A stretch of 57,262 nucleotides of DNA, filler included, from Squatina squatina (Eukaryota): NCBI GenBank assembly GCA_031763465.1. It is 3 parts of 3 records of this genome, joined end to end, with 100 filler letters (N's around TTAATTAATTAA, not from the genome) between each part and the next. Parts side by side here need not be neighbours in the genome. Positions count along the whole stretch, not along the records: positions 18,646 to 39,740 come from JARFOE010000168.1; 2 more parts are not named here. One strand, given 5' to 3'. The notes under the pieces are model-generated. The model was given only the letters and a program-made list of their open reading frames with translations. It was not told the origin of the DNA and did not search any database. The translations under genes were made by a program, and so were the position numbers. Shown in pieces: positions 22,815 through 34,619 of this stretch (position 1 is its first letter; each line of letters opens with the position of its first letter).

Positions 22815-25609
22815 CTAAATATTTGAAGCAGATGGAGAGAGCTGAGCAGTGGGATTAGTTTTGGATTGCTGTAGCAATGAGCTGGCACAGACATGAAGGG
22901 ACAAATTACTTCCTTCTGCGCTGTAAACTTCTATGATTCTGAGAGGTAGAGACAGAAGCAGCAATGCTGCAACGGAGCAAGAGACAGACACAAACACGCA
23001 GACAGACAGACTCATCTACAACACACTGCACTTATAGCACTTTTAACATAGCAAAACATCCCAAAATGGAGCACAAAAATTGAAATACAAAGAAGCTTAG
23101 CAGAAATGCCTGAAGGTGTGGCTGAAGAGGTAGGTTTTGAGAAGGCTACTGAAGACGGGGAGAAATGCAGCATGATGGAGGGGATCTGAAAGAGGCTTCC
23201 GCAGTGTCGGACTACAACAGCCAAAGGCTCTGCCATAGCAGTGGGGAACATATATTCCAGACACTGAATAGCATTGGGTGTGACACAGTCAGCGATGGCT
23301 AAATTATCTATGACTGGCAAGTCACCCATGAGGCTAACAAGCTAACCTTTCTCATTATCGAAGAGATCACCGTTCTTTTTTTATCTAACAGCGTCACTTT
23401 TTTAATGACTAGTTGTGGCATGTCTTGCTCACTGTCATTTCTTCACATGAAGCACTCACGGCTGTAATCAACTTATTATTTCAGTCAGATATAACTGCCT
23501 TTGTAACTCAACAATAAATGCCAAATCCCTACAGAAGCACGCCAAGGGGCTGGTGTATTTGTAGAAGGCATCCTTTTTATTAGAGTGAGGGCTTGTAGTT
23601 TTTACACAGTGCTTGCCTTTTTTTTAGGGCGCAGTTGACAAGTGGGAAGAAGAGGAATCCTCCTCCCTGTGTTGGAAGCATCTCCATTAACATTGTGGCT
23701 TTGATAAACAATCCATTGACTTTGTGTATATCAAGGAGGCCAAGTAATTTTAATGTGTTGTAGCAGACATGCTTCTAGATTGTTCAGACTCTTATAATAA
23801 AAGACTTTAATCCCCCCAACACCTGGATATCCTTGAGGCTCTGAAGAGTGAAAGCCCAGACCCCCCAGATGAGCTTTGTCAAGGCTCTTCTNNNNNNNNN
23901 NNNNNNNNNNNNNNNNNNNNNNNNNNNNNNNNNNNNNNNNNNNNNNNNNNNNNNNNNNNNNNNNNNNNNNNNNNNNNNNNNNNNNNNNNNNTGTTTCCCT
24001 TGCAACATCCTTTCCCTGAGCAGATCCTCAAATAAGATCATTCTGTCAAACTCCAATGTAACACTGTGATGCGGGCAGATTTTCATCAGGGGGAGATGGC
24101 TGGGTGTGGCTGGAACGCCCGGGGTGCTAGCCTGCTGTCTGTTGATGCAAATGGAAATCATGTATTGTGTAAAGGATTTGTCAAAGAACAATGGATATCC
24201 AGACCCAAGTCAAAATCCAAAGGAGGATTCCACTTAGGCGATTGTGAGGTCTGGCAGGATGGGGCATTTGATCACAAGAGAAGTACAGATAAGGGAGGCC
24301 AGTTGATCCATCTTGGCTCATCCATCCAAAAAAAACTATACAATGCTTGGATTCATTCACCTCTATCTTAAAAGGATCTGAAGTTTTCACCTCATGGAAG
24401 ACCGCTCCAAGTCTTGATCACTCTTTACATGAAGAAAGTCTTCCTGACATCTGTCCTAAATTCACCAGTTTTAGCTTATGCCTCCTTGTTGGCTTGCCCT
24501 GAAGTATTGCTCTCGATTAACCCAATCTAAGCCATTTAATATCTTGTATACTTCTATAAGGTGGCCTCTCAGTTGCCTCCTTCCAAGGGCGAAGGGTCCC
24601 TGTTTCTCCAGCCCTTTATCTGCTGCAGTAGTGGCAGAGTCTGTGTGTGCTGCCCCTGCAATGCTGGTGGGCAAGGAAGTTGCTCGCATCAAATATCTGG
24701 AGGCACATTCTGTGCAGTAGTGAATTATGCATCTGCTCAGCTCAAATATATGGTGGTCAGGATGTGTTTGGGTTCATTTACTCCCCTCAGAGCTCAGATG
24801 TTCTGAATATCTGAATCTTGGATCTCTAAAGCCAAATGCCAAAGAAAATCCGTTTATTTTTCTGCTAATTTCTCTGATTTCTCCCCATCCCTCTTCTCAT
24901 CTGTAGCCACACTAATAAATGCGAATGGGCAATGTTTGAATTACATTTTTGGAGTAAATTTTACTACTTAGCTCTCCTGGTGCAGCACTCTGTGCAATGA
25001 GAATACACATTGGGAATTCAAGTGCAGAGGTCCAAGGTCGATGACAAATTGTATGGGACATGAAACAGTCACAAAATTACTCAATCATATGGCCACCATA
25101 ACTTATGGGAGACAGAATTTAGCGAATGTTACCACATAGAAGCCAGCCATTTAGCTCATCAAATCTGTGCAGGTCTTTTTCTTCATGATTCACTTAATCT
25201 AAGTCCACTCTCCTGCTCACTCCCATACCCTTTATTATTTGTACTGATGTCCCTCACTGGTTTAAAGTGCAGAAACTGCTGGTCCTGAAGTTTCTACATG
25301 CCAAAGAAGAAAAGGAGTTTTAGAAACAGGAAAGGTAATTAAAACAACAAGCTAATCCCTTTTTGACAATATCAAATTCAACCATACTCCCAACCTCGCT
25401 TCTATAATGTCAATCCCTGTCCTCTTCAGAAACACACCCATTTGTCCCTTAAACCCATTTGTGTTGTCTGCTTCAGTAGGCCTTTCCTGGGAATTTATTC
25501 CAGAACTCCAATACCCTTTGGGTGCAAAAGATTCCCTTGACTTCCCTTCTCACTCCTAACATCCTTATTTTGAACTCATATTCCCTAGTCTTTGAACCCT
25601 TCAAAGAAA

Positions 25610-25840
25610 GGAAGAAAGACTTGCATTTGTATAGTGCCTTTCACAACCTCAGGACATCCCAAAGTGCTTTACAACCAATGAATTACTTTTTGAAGTGTAA
25701 TCACTGTTGTAATGTAGGAAATGCAACAGTCAATTTGCACACAGCAACGTCCTGCAAATGGCAATGTGACAATGCCCAGATAATCTGTTTATTTTTAACT
25801 GATGTTGGTTGAGGAATAAATGTTGGCCAGGACACAGTGA
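25610..25840 (-). mobile_element. Partial Deu-domain SINE (3' half)
   Basis: Similar to 5665-5880 (aaagacttgcatttgtatagtgcctttcacaacctcagg...). Confidence 0.7.
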
Positions 25841-28461
25841 ACAATTTACTTGGATCACTTTTGTTAGCTCAGCTTCAGGCAAATGCCTCAGCTTCCCTCC
25901 CCTGTCTGTGGTTGCAGGTAAGATCTTTGTCACGACTGAATCTTATCTGTGATGTGTAGCAGAAAGAGTAAACAAACAACTGAACGAAGACCAACTGCTA
26001 ACAGATTATACATCCTCCTCTTCTCTCTCACAAAGGAACTATATTCAGACTACAGATATTGATATTTCCAGGCTTTAATTTCCTAGGGTAGAATTCCCAC
26101 ATTATTTTTAAACAAACCGCTTCAAGATGTTAATTTATTTAAAATAGGAGCAAGAGTAGGTCTTTTGGTTTATTGAACTGGCTCCAATATTTTGCTAGCT
26201 GAGGTAGCTCTTTTCAAATTGTGACACCTGTCCTTTTTCCAGATTCTTTAATACCCCTACTTCCCAAGTAAGGATCGCTCTCCTTTTTCAACACCTCGAT
26301 TAATTCTGCACCTATGGCCTTCTGGGGCACTCCACCTTCACACAGCCCTTTGAATGCAGAAATATTTTCTGGATTTACTTTTAGCTGGCCGAGTTTGAAT
26401 TTTCAGATTTTGTCGATTTGCTCTGGATTGCCCTGATGGAGGGGAGGTGTTGTTCACCAAATATCTCTATCAGATCACCCTATAACCTCCTGACCAATGG
26501 GAAATATAACTCAAGTTTACTCAACCTCTCATCATAAATCAGTTCCTTCGTTGCAACTATCATCCTGGTGAATCAACACTCTATTTTCTCCAAAGACCAA
26601 TACGTCATTCCTAAAGTGGGAATCCCAAAAATGAACACAACAGGGGCAACTGGATTAAGAACGGCCAGCGTCAATGGGACTGTTTGCCAATAAGAACCTT
26701 GAGCTTTTATGAGAGCAAGGGGAATAAAGTCAATGTAAACAGATACTGTCCATATTTAGAAGTGCCTTGGAGACACTTTTTTGTTTTTTTACCTAACTTT
26801 GTGAGGGGAAGACTTGATTTGTGTCAAAATACATTATTGCATATTAATGTCATCACATTGCTTGCAGGCAACACGACTGGGGTCACTCAGCAGCTTGCAG
26901 AAAGCTGTACCATTGGTTCCAAACACTGAAGCCGGTATGTTATCCTACACGTGTGGCAGTGCAGCCTATGTGCTTTTCTGTGACTCTCCAAAGGTAACTT
27001 GACTCTAAAAGGGTAGTTGGATGAAGAATGATTTTCTTAGCAGAATTTATCCAAAACATGCTTGAGGAGGAGTGTAGTGGACATGCTCTATTTGTGCTGT
27101 AAAGTCATCACTTAGATGTGAAGTCAGTTTTTTTTCCGTTAGCAATTTTGAAACTTTCTTAAATGCAGCTGTCACTTCCGAGCAGTTCAGACTTGTTCTT
27201 CGGAGATTATATCCATCAACTTCTTTGTTTTTAAAGAACGTAAAAGGATCTGACCAATAAATGCCTTATGCCTCCTGTCTCTTGCATTCCTTACTCCGCT
27301 CAGGAGCATGCATGAGACGTGCCTGGGACAGACGCTCAACGGTTCCTAATAAACCGCTAGTTCTACTGGCCAGGAGGAGATGGGAGCCACAGGCACATCT
27401 GTGCCAAACAGCTGCCGACTCACATCTCGGGGACAGGTTGGGACAGGCTCTCAGAGTGAGAGTGGTAATGATCTACATCCCTCGTCACTAGGCAAGTACT
27501 ATCTTGCAAACCACATATACCGTTAACTGCCTTGCCCCTCCACTGCTTCAATCTTCAAAGGCAAGCTTTTATGGGGAATATATTCACTAAAATATAAAGT
27601 TTAACCCTCTCAATGCTTCATCTCCTTAGCAGCTCTCTAAATACTCCAGATGACTAGTAACAGGGTAGATTTTCCCTTTTGTTTGCACCTGGGTGTGTTG
27701 ATCGTCTGGCGACAGAACACAGAGGAAAACTGGATCGAGAGGATTGTGTGTTGGTCAAGGAGCCCACCCGATGTCTTATCTATTTAGGGTGTGCGATCCG
27801 CCCCATGCCACTTCCCTTTATGCGCTGCGCTCAGGCATAGGTGTAGCAACAGGAAAATCTTTTTATTGGCAAACCAAGGTTAAGGGCCAAAGCCCACAGC
27901 ACGAACTATTGCGCCTGGGAGGTCAGGGGGGGTTAAATTGGGAAGCAGTGATTAGGTAATGTCAAGCTCAGTTTTTTAAAAACCTGAGGATTGTAGGAGG
28001 AAGGGAAGACCGAGAAAGGTGACGACCTCCACAGCTTTGAAGGCCTATGAAAGGATGAGCCAGAATACGAGATTATGAGGTGAGTCTTGATTTCAACACA
28101 GTGAAGACATAAAGCATTCAGTGCTTCAAAATTGCAATGAGGTGAAAATCACAGGAATATACAGGATGCCTCTCCTCCACAACACTCTGTGATGCACCCA
28201 TAATTCAGTACATAACACACATAGTACGGATATAAACTTTTATTAAAAACTAGCTGATCTCCCGTGGTGGTGTTCACAGATGGTCTGGGATCTGGTACAA
28301 TGGTTGGGGTGCCTAACTGCTTTGGGGAAGTGGTTAAAATAGGCACATTCTCAATCAATTGGAGGGTAATTGACAGGGGCCATGTTATCAAGATCAGAAA
28401 AAAAGCAGGAAATGATTAGTTTTCCTTCTCTTTGATACATTCACACTTTGAAGTGTAACAT

Positions 28462-28535
28462 CTATACATACATACAAGCGCACATATGAATATATATAAA
28501 CACATATACATATATGCATACACACACATATATAG
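28462..28535. repeat. Mixed TA/CA microsatellite
   Basis: tatacatacatacaagcgcacatatgaatatatataaacacatatacatatatgcatacacacacatatatag. Confidence 0.75.
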
Positions 28536-30570
28536 ACCACCAATCTCCCGAGGAATGTGTTATACTGCACACAGTACTGATTATGTGATGCAATTTATTT
28601 TCAAGATCTCCATCCCTATCAGATTATTAAAAATTTCATTTTTCCAAAGGGTGATTTTCAAGGCAGGTTTGCCACCTTTCTTTCGTAATTTTTATTTTTT
28701 TCTCTCTTTATCCCTCTGGCCTGACACTTTGCAGATGAGAAGTAGGGCTCACAGCCACTGCCAACAAGGCCCTATAATGGGCCGAGGTGAGAGTGCAATC
28801 TGACTCCCTTCCTCTCTGATGGGGGATGATTCACCCTTTGCGCAGGCCCCTCCCTGGTCAATGCCGGTCAGAACAGGGACTGAGCAGTGCTACCAATCTG
28901 GGCCCTTCTCCGCTCAGCAGCATTAGCAAGTGAGCAAACAGCAGCAACAACACTTCCTATCAGTTTCATTAACCTTTCATCTGTGCAACACCATGGTTTG
29001 TGCTTCTAGCAGTCCACTATAAAACAGGAAGAAAGGTAGAAATTAAACTCAAAGGGGCACTAATTTTGTTACCAGTGGGAGAATAGCTGCAATGGCGACA
29101 CATTATGTTTATCCTGACAGCCAACATCTGCAAATTGTTTTTAGTTATATAAAAAAAAATTATAATGTGCACNNNNNNNNNNNNNNNNNNNNNNNNNNNN
29201 NNNNNNNNNNNNNNNNNNNNNNNNNNNNNNNNNNNNNNNNNNNNNNNNNNNNNNNNNNNNNNNNNNNNNNNNGGGAGGAGGCTGAGCTTGCAGTTCACCA
29301 GTATGGACCAGCCATGCCATTTTCCTGTATGGAACCTTCCCCGAACCCAGCAGCTAGAAATGGTTCAAGCGTTGCCTCGTGCCCCGTTCTTTTCCTGTCG
29401 CGCTGGTGCTGTGGGAACCGCAGTGCATGAGGGGGGAAAACTGTACAGCAACCAGAGCCCCGGTGTGGTACAGAACCAACTCTTGGCGCAATGCTATAGC
29501 ATACAGAGGATGCCACTGCAAACTGTAGCCTTGGTTTGTACCCAAACCCAGGGCAAATGCAATAAGCCCAGGGCTGAAACAGTTAAATTATGGATGTCGT
29601 TCCAAATTTAATGAAAGGTCGGCATCGTCAATTTCAGCCAGAGTTAACCGCTGTCACTCGCAACAACCCAATCAACAGCCCGCCCTTCACATCGCGGCGA
29701 GTCTTTGCACAGACAAGGACGAGCAGCACATTTGACATTGCTCTTGAGAAAAACACTAATTATCCCGACGGTTACCAGCAGACAGGGAGCCGCGCTTCTC
29801 CTACTGTTGGACAGGANNNNNNNNNNNNNNNNNNNNNNNNNNNNNNNNNNNNNNNNNNNNNNNNNNNNNNNNNNNNNNNNNNNNNNNNNNNNNNNNNNNN
29901 NNNNNNNNNNNNNNNNNNNNNNNNNNNNNNNNNNNNNNNNNNNNNNNNNNNNNNNNNNNNNNNNNNNNNNNNNNNNNNNNNNNNNNNNNNNNNNNNNNNN
30001 NNNNNNNNNNNNNNNNNNNNNNNNNNNNNNNNNNNNNNNNNNNNNNNNNNNNNNNNNNNNNNNNNNNNNNNNNNNNNNNNNNNNNNNNNNNNNNNNNNNN
30101 NNNNNNNNNNNNNNNNNNNNNNNNNNNNNNNNNNNNNNNNNNNNNNNNNNNNNNNNNNNNNNNNNNNNNNNNNNNNNNNNNNNNNNNNNNNNNNNNNNNN
30201 NNNNNNNNNNNNNNNNNNNNNNNNNNNNNNNNNNNNNNNNNNNNNNNNNNNNNNNNNNNNNNNNNNNNNNNNNNNNNNNNNNNNNNNNNNNNNNNNNNNN
30301 NNNNNNNNNNNNNNNNNNNNNNNNNNNNNNNNNNNNNNNNNNNNNNNNNNNNNNNNNNNNNNNNNNNNNNNNNNNNNNNNNNNNNNNNNNNNNNNNNNNN
30401 NNNNNNNNNNNNNNNNNNNNNNNNNNNNNNNNNNNNNNNNNNNNNNNNNNNNNNNNNNNNNNNNNNNNNNNNNNNNNNNNNNNNNNNNNNNNNNNNNNNN
30501 NNNNNNNNNNNNNNNNNNNNNNNNNNNNNNNNNNNNNNNNNNNNNNNNNNNNNNNNNNNNNNNNNNNNNN

Positions 30571-30715
30571 ACATAGTGTCAAACGTGGAGCTTGGCTGCG
30601 AGTAGGGAGACGGCGTTGGGACATTCGAGGCGTGCTCCGAGTTGTAAGGGCTGGCGGAGGATGCACGGTTGGTGATACTCTGATCCATGCTGCTGTTTAG
30701 CAAATTAAACTGGGA
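30571..30715 (-). CDS. TP73: TP73 exon 4 equivalent (3' part lost in gap)
   Basis: ccctctctag|TCCCAGTTT; encodes [48 protein letters not shown], matching the p73 proline-rich region. Confidence 0.93.
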
Positions 30716-33376
30716 CTAGAGAGGGAAAGGGGTGGGGATAAGAAGAGAAACGACCAGGTAAGGACTTGCAACATCCACTTATTTCAGACTATTAAGAAAA
30801 CACACACATCAGACAGCTGTCACTACAGTTCAGCTCCTGGAATCCTTTTTTTTTCCTGTTGCCCCATGTAAAGACTTGTCAAATAATTAATCGTAAATAT
30901 ATCATTCAGACAAATATGAAGAAAAAAAATGTCAGATTGAAGCTTGTTTTTCCCTCTTGTTCCTTTCTCCGACTGCTGATCGCTGAAGGTTATTTTTTTG
31001 GAGTATAGTTTTTGGCCATCAGTTTACTTCTAACTGTTTGGCAGTTGTGGCAGAAATCCGGCTGAATTACTCTCGCTGTTTTTTTGTTTCATTCACTTAA
31101 CTCCANNNNNNNNNNNNNNNNNNNNNNNNNNNNNNNNNNNNNNNNNNNNNNNNNNNNNNNNNNNNNNNNNNNNNNNNNNNNNNNNNNNNNNNNNNNNNNN
31201 NNNNNNNNNNNNNNNNNNNNNNNNNNNNNNNNNNNNNNNNNNNNNNNNNNNNNNNNNNNNNNNNNNNNNNNNNNNNNNNNNNNNNNNNNNNNNNNNNNNN
31301 NNNNNNNNNNNNNNNNNNNNNNNNNNNNNNNNNNNNNNNNNNNNNNNNNNNNNNNNNNNNNNNNNNNNNNNNNNNNNNNNNNNNNNNNNNNNNNNNNNNN
31401 NNNNNNNNNNNNNNNNNNNNNNNNNNNNNNNNNNNNNNNNNNNNNNNNNNNNNNNNNNNNNNNNNNNNNNNNNNNNNNNNNNNNNNNNNNNNNNNNNNNN
31501 NNNNNNNNNNNNNNNNNNNNNNNNNNNNNNNNNNNNNNNNNNNNNNNNNNNNNNNNNNNNNNNNNNNNNNNNNNNNNNNNNNNNNNNNNNNNNNNNNNNN
31601 NNNNNNNNNNNNNNNNNNNNNNNNNNNNNNNNNNNNNNNNNNNNNNNNNNNNNNNNNNNNNNNNNNNNNNNNNNNNNNNNNNNNNNNNNNNNNNNNNNNN
31701 NNNNNNNNNNNNNNNNNNNNNNNNNNNNNNNNNNNNNNNNNNNNNNNNNNNNNNNNNNNNNNNNNNNNNNNNNNNNNNNNNNNNNNNNNNNNNNNNNNNN
31801 NNNNNNNNNNNNNNNNNNNNNNNNNNNNNNNNNNNNNNNNNNNNNNNNNNNNNNNNNNNNNNNNNNNNNNNNNNNNNNNNNNNNNNNNNNNNNNNNNNNN
31901 NNNNNNNNNNNNNNNNNNNNNNNNNNNNNNNNNNNNNNNNNNNNNNNNNNNNNNNNNNNNNNNNNNNNNNNNNNNNNNNNNNNNNNNNNNNNNNNNNNNN
32001 NNNNNNNNNNNNNNNNNNNNNNNNNNNNNNNNNNNNNNNNNNNNNNNNNNNNNNNNNNNNNNNNNNNNNNNNNNNNNNNNNNNNNNAATCTTAGCCAGTC
32101 TGTCATGAACAGGCAAGGATCATGAGGCTAGGTACCCACCCAATAGGAAGGTAAAAAATCTAGCGACTTGTTACATTGCAGTGTTGATGGGGACTCTCTG
32201 TCAGACGGAGGTGGTAAACCAGAAGACCTGAGAAAGGCTCGAAAGTACCGAAGTCGAGAACAAAGAGGCAGGTGTAGTGCCTTTGTGGTGAAGTGTGCCA
32301 CACTCCCTTCAACAGGGCACAGCAATGCAATCTGTAACCCAACCTCCAATCCCAACTTGCACTGTGAATTTATTTGTTTTAATTTTTAAAAAGCCACATT
32401 AAGAGTACAAAGACTGCATTGTAAAAGCTCTGTTACAACAATGTCTGCGGCCCCGGCAGTTTTCTGCGACAACTAACATAGGGGTCTCTCGGAATGTGGT
32501 CTTGCCAGGTGATCCAGGAGGTGGGACAGGGTCCATTNNNNNNNNNNGATGGCTCTTTCAAAGAACTGGCACAGGCACAATGGGCCGAATGGCCTCCTTC
32601 TGTGCTGTTTGATTCTATTACTGAATTCAGCCAAATGTCTCGGGTTCTGCGTTACATGGTATTTACATAATCGGTACAAGTAGTGGATTTTGCGATCGAA
32701 TGCTTTTAGCTACATTCGTGTGTCGAGCTAGCCCTGCAGAAAAAGTTTTAGTGTGAAACTGATTAAGTTGTTTTTCAAGTTAGAGCTGCCAGCGGGGAGC
32801 CTGACCCGTTAGCTGCACATATTGGGAAAAGGCGGGCAGCAGATCTCGGAAAGCTGNNNNNNNNNNNNNNNNNNNNNNNNNNNNNNNNNNNNNNNNNNNN
32901 NNNNNNNNNNNNNNNNNNNNNNNNNNNNNNNNNNNNNNNNNNNNNNNNNNNNNNNNGGTTTCTCAATTAAAAAGGAATTTGTATCAATTATAGGGTTCCT
33001 GTTGGAGACCCAGCAGAGTTGTCCAGCGCTATATAAGATGAATTGATATCTACTAAATAAGATCCCATGTACCGAAAAGTCCTTGGAATCCAATAGGATT
33101 CTTTAGTACAGGATATAGCAGCACTAAAAGGCAATGTTGACCTGGACCAGCACCACTGCAAACCCCTCCCTGTGATCGGAGTCATATTAGGTCAGCATAG
33201 CAGTAAATAATAACATTAATATCAGGCATGGTGTCTAATTACCTGGCAACAAGGCTAAAGGAAATGAGAACAGTATCAAACTATTCCGTTACAAATCAGC
33301 AACAGGTACAGATCGTGACATGAATATAATTTTTTTAATGTATATATACGTAACAGGTAAATTTGTAGCCACCTAC

Positions 33377-33415
33377 CGTGGTGCAGTGCTGGGCTGCGTC
33401 ACTTATGTAAAGCAT
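33377..33415 (-). CDS. TP73: DeltaNp73 alternative first coding exon (exon 3'/3B equivalent)
   Basis: aaaATGCTTTACATAAGTGACGCAGCCCAGCACTGCACCACG|gtaggt gives MLYISDAAQHCTT, 13 codons, phase 0. Human DeltaNp73 starts MLYVGDPARHLAT. It splices in frame to the exon starting at 30715. Confidence 0.88.
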
Positions 33416-34519
33416 TTTAGTATTCCCGAAATGTGGGTGCAGCTGGGATTGTTCCCACCTCAGGTGTCATCGGAGAGAGGAGGGATCTTTTCTCTGTCTT
33501 AAACAAACATGGTGCAGGGTCTACGACAGACCTTACTGGCATTTACTGACCAAGGCTCCGAGACTGTGAAACAGGTAAACNNNNNNNNNNNNNNNNNNNN
33601 NNNNNNNNNNNNNNNNNNNNNNNNNNNNNNNNNNNNNNNNNNNNNNNNNNNNNNNNNNNNNNNNNNNNNNNNNNNNNNNNTTAAAAAGAGCGTCAATTGC
33701 TTATTACTGTACCTGAAGTATTTTTTTAACTCCACAGGGATCTGGTGAGCAGCAGTGGCCTGCTATTGTGAAACCACATTATTTACTGCAGCCCAGCATG
33801 TAGCGTCCCTGTCTCCAAGGCAACGGCATCTGGTGCCGGGGAGACGATTAGGTGGAAGTGTGGCGGAGGCTTTTCCGGGCATGGAGGCTGGGCTTTGGGT
33901 GGAGACTCTGCAAACTTGAAAAGAAAAGCATTCACAAACACAAGTCAGTTGGGCCAGTAGCAGACAAGCATGATTTAAAGGGGATGGGTCATTGCCAAAG
34001 TGCTTGGTAGACCTGCCAACCATGGTTTGGACTGACGGTGGGGCAACAATATCGTTTGCAACTCAATGAGGTCACTCTCGGCCACACAGAAAAATAATTT
34101 ATAGCTGTACTGCAGCTTCCCCCAATATATCAGTTGTTTGAGGGATTGAGTATCTGAACTATACAGGCCAGGAATGTCCCAGTTTTGATTTCTGATCTGT
34201 GCTAAGTTAGCTGGTCTCAGCCAGAGTGCTACAATCGGCTTCAGTGCCCTCAAGTTATGTAAGGGGGAAAAATCTACAGAGATTCCTACTCCTGATTGCT
34301 ATCCAGCGACTCCTGCTAGAAGTGCATTTTTTTTTAGTCGTTCGTGGGATGTGGACGTCGCTGGCAAGGCCAGCATTTATTGCTCATCCCTAATAGCCCG
34401 TGAGAAGATGATGGTGAGCCGCCTTCTTGAACCACTTCTTTGTTGCAACTAAGTGACTTGCGAGGCCATTTCAGAGGGCAGTTAAGAGTCAACCACATTA
34501 CTGTGGTTGGTGTGGGGTA

Positions 34520-34619
34520 AAACATAGAAACATAGAAAATACGTGCAGGAGTAGGCCATTCGGCCCTTCGAGCCTGCACCGCCATTCAATATGATCATGG
34601 CTGATCATGCAACTCAGTA
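34520..34619 (-). mobile_element. CR1/HE1-type 3' tail with (TTTCTATG)n
   Basis: aaacatagaaacatagaaaat...aggagtaggccattcggcccttcgagcctgc. Confidence 0.8.

Noticed and set aside
22096-22894. Cluster of overlapping ORFs or a CpG-island gene
   Set aside because: A GC-rich repeat with few stop codons; no recognisable protein or splice structure.
21174-30715. Calling the p53-family exons TP63
   Set aside because: The diagnostic residues (YSPLL, ELGRDFN, QFNLL, STFDTM) and the 13-aa DeltaN peptide match p73.
19354-32116. Long ORFs of 300-430 aa in the ORF track
   Set aside because: They consist almost entirely of X residues translated through N gaps.
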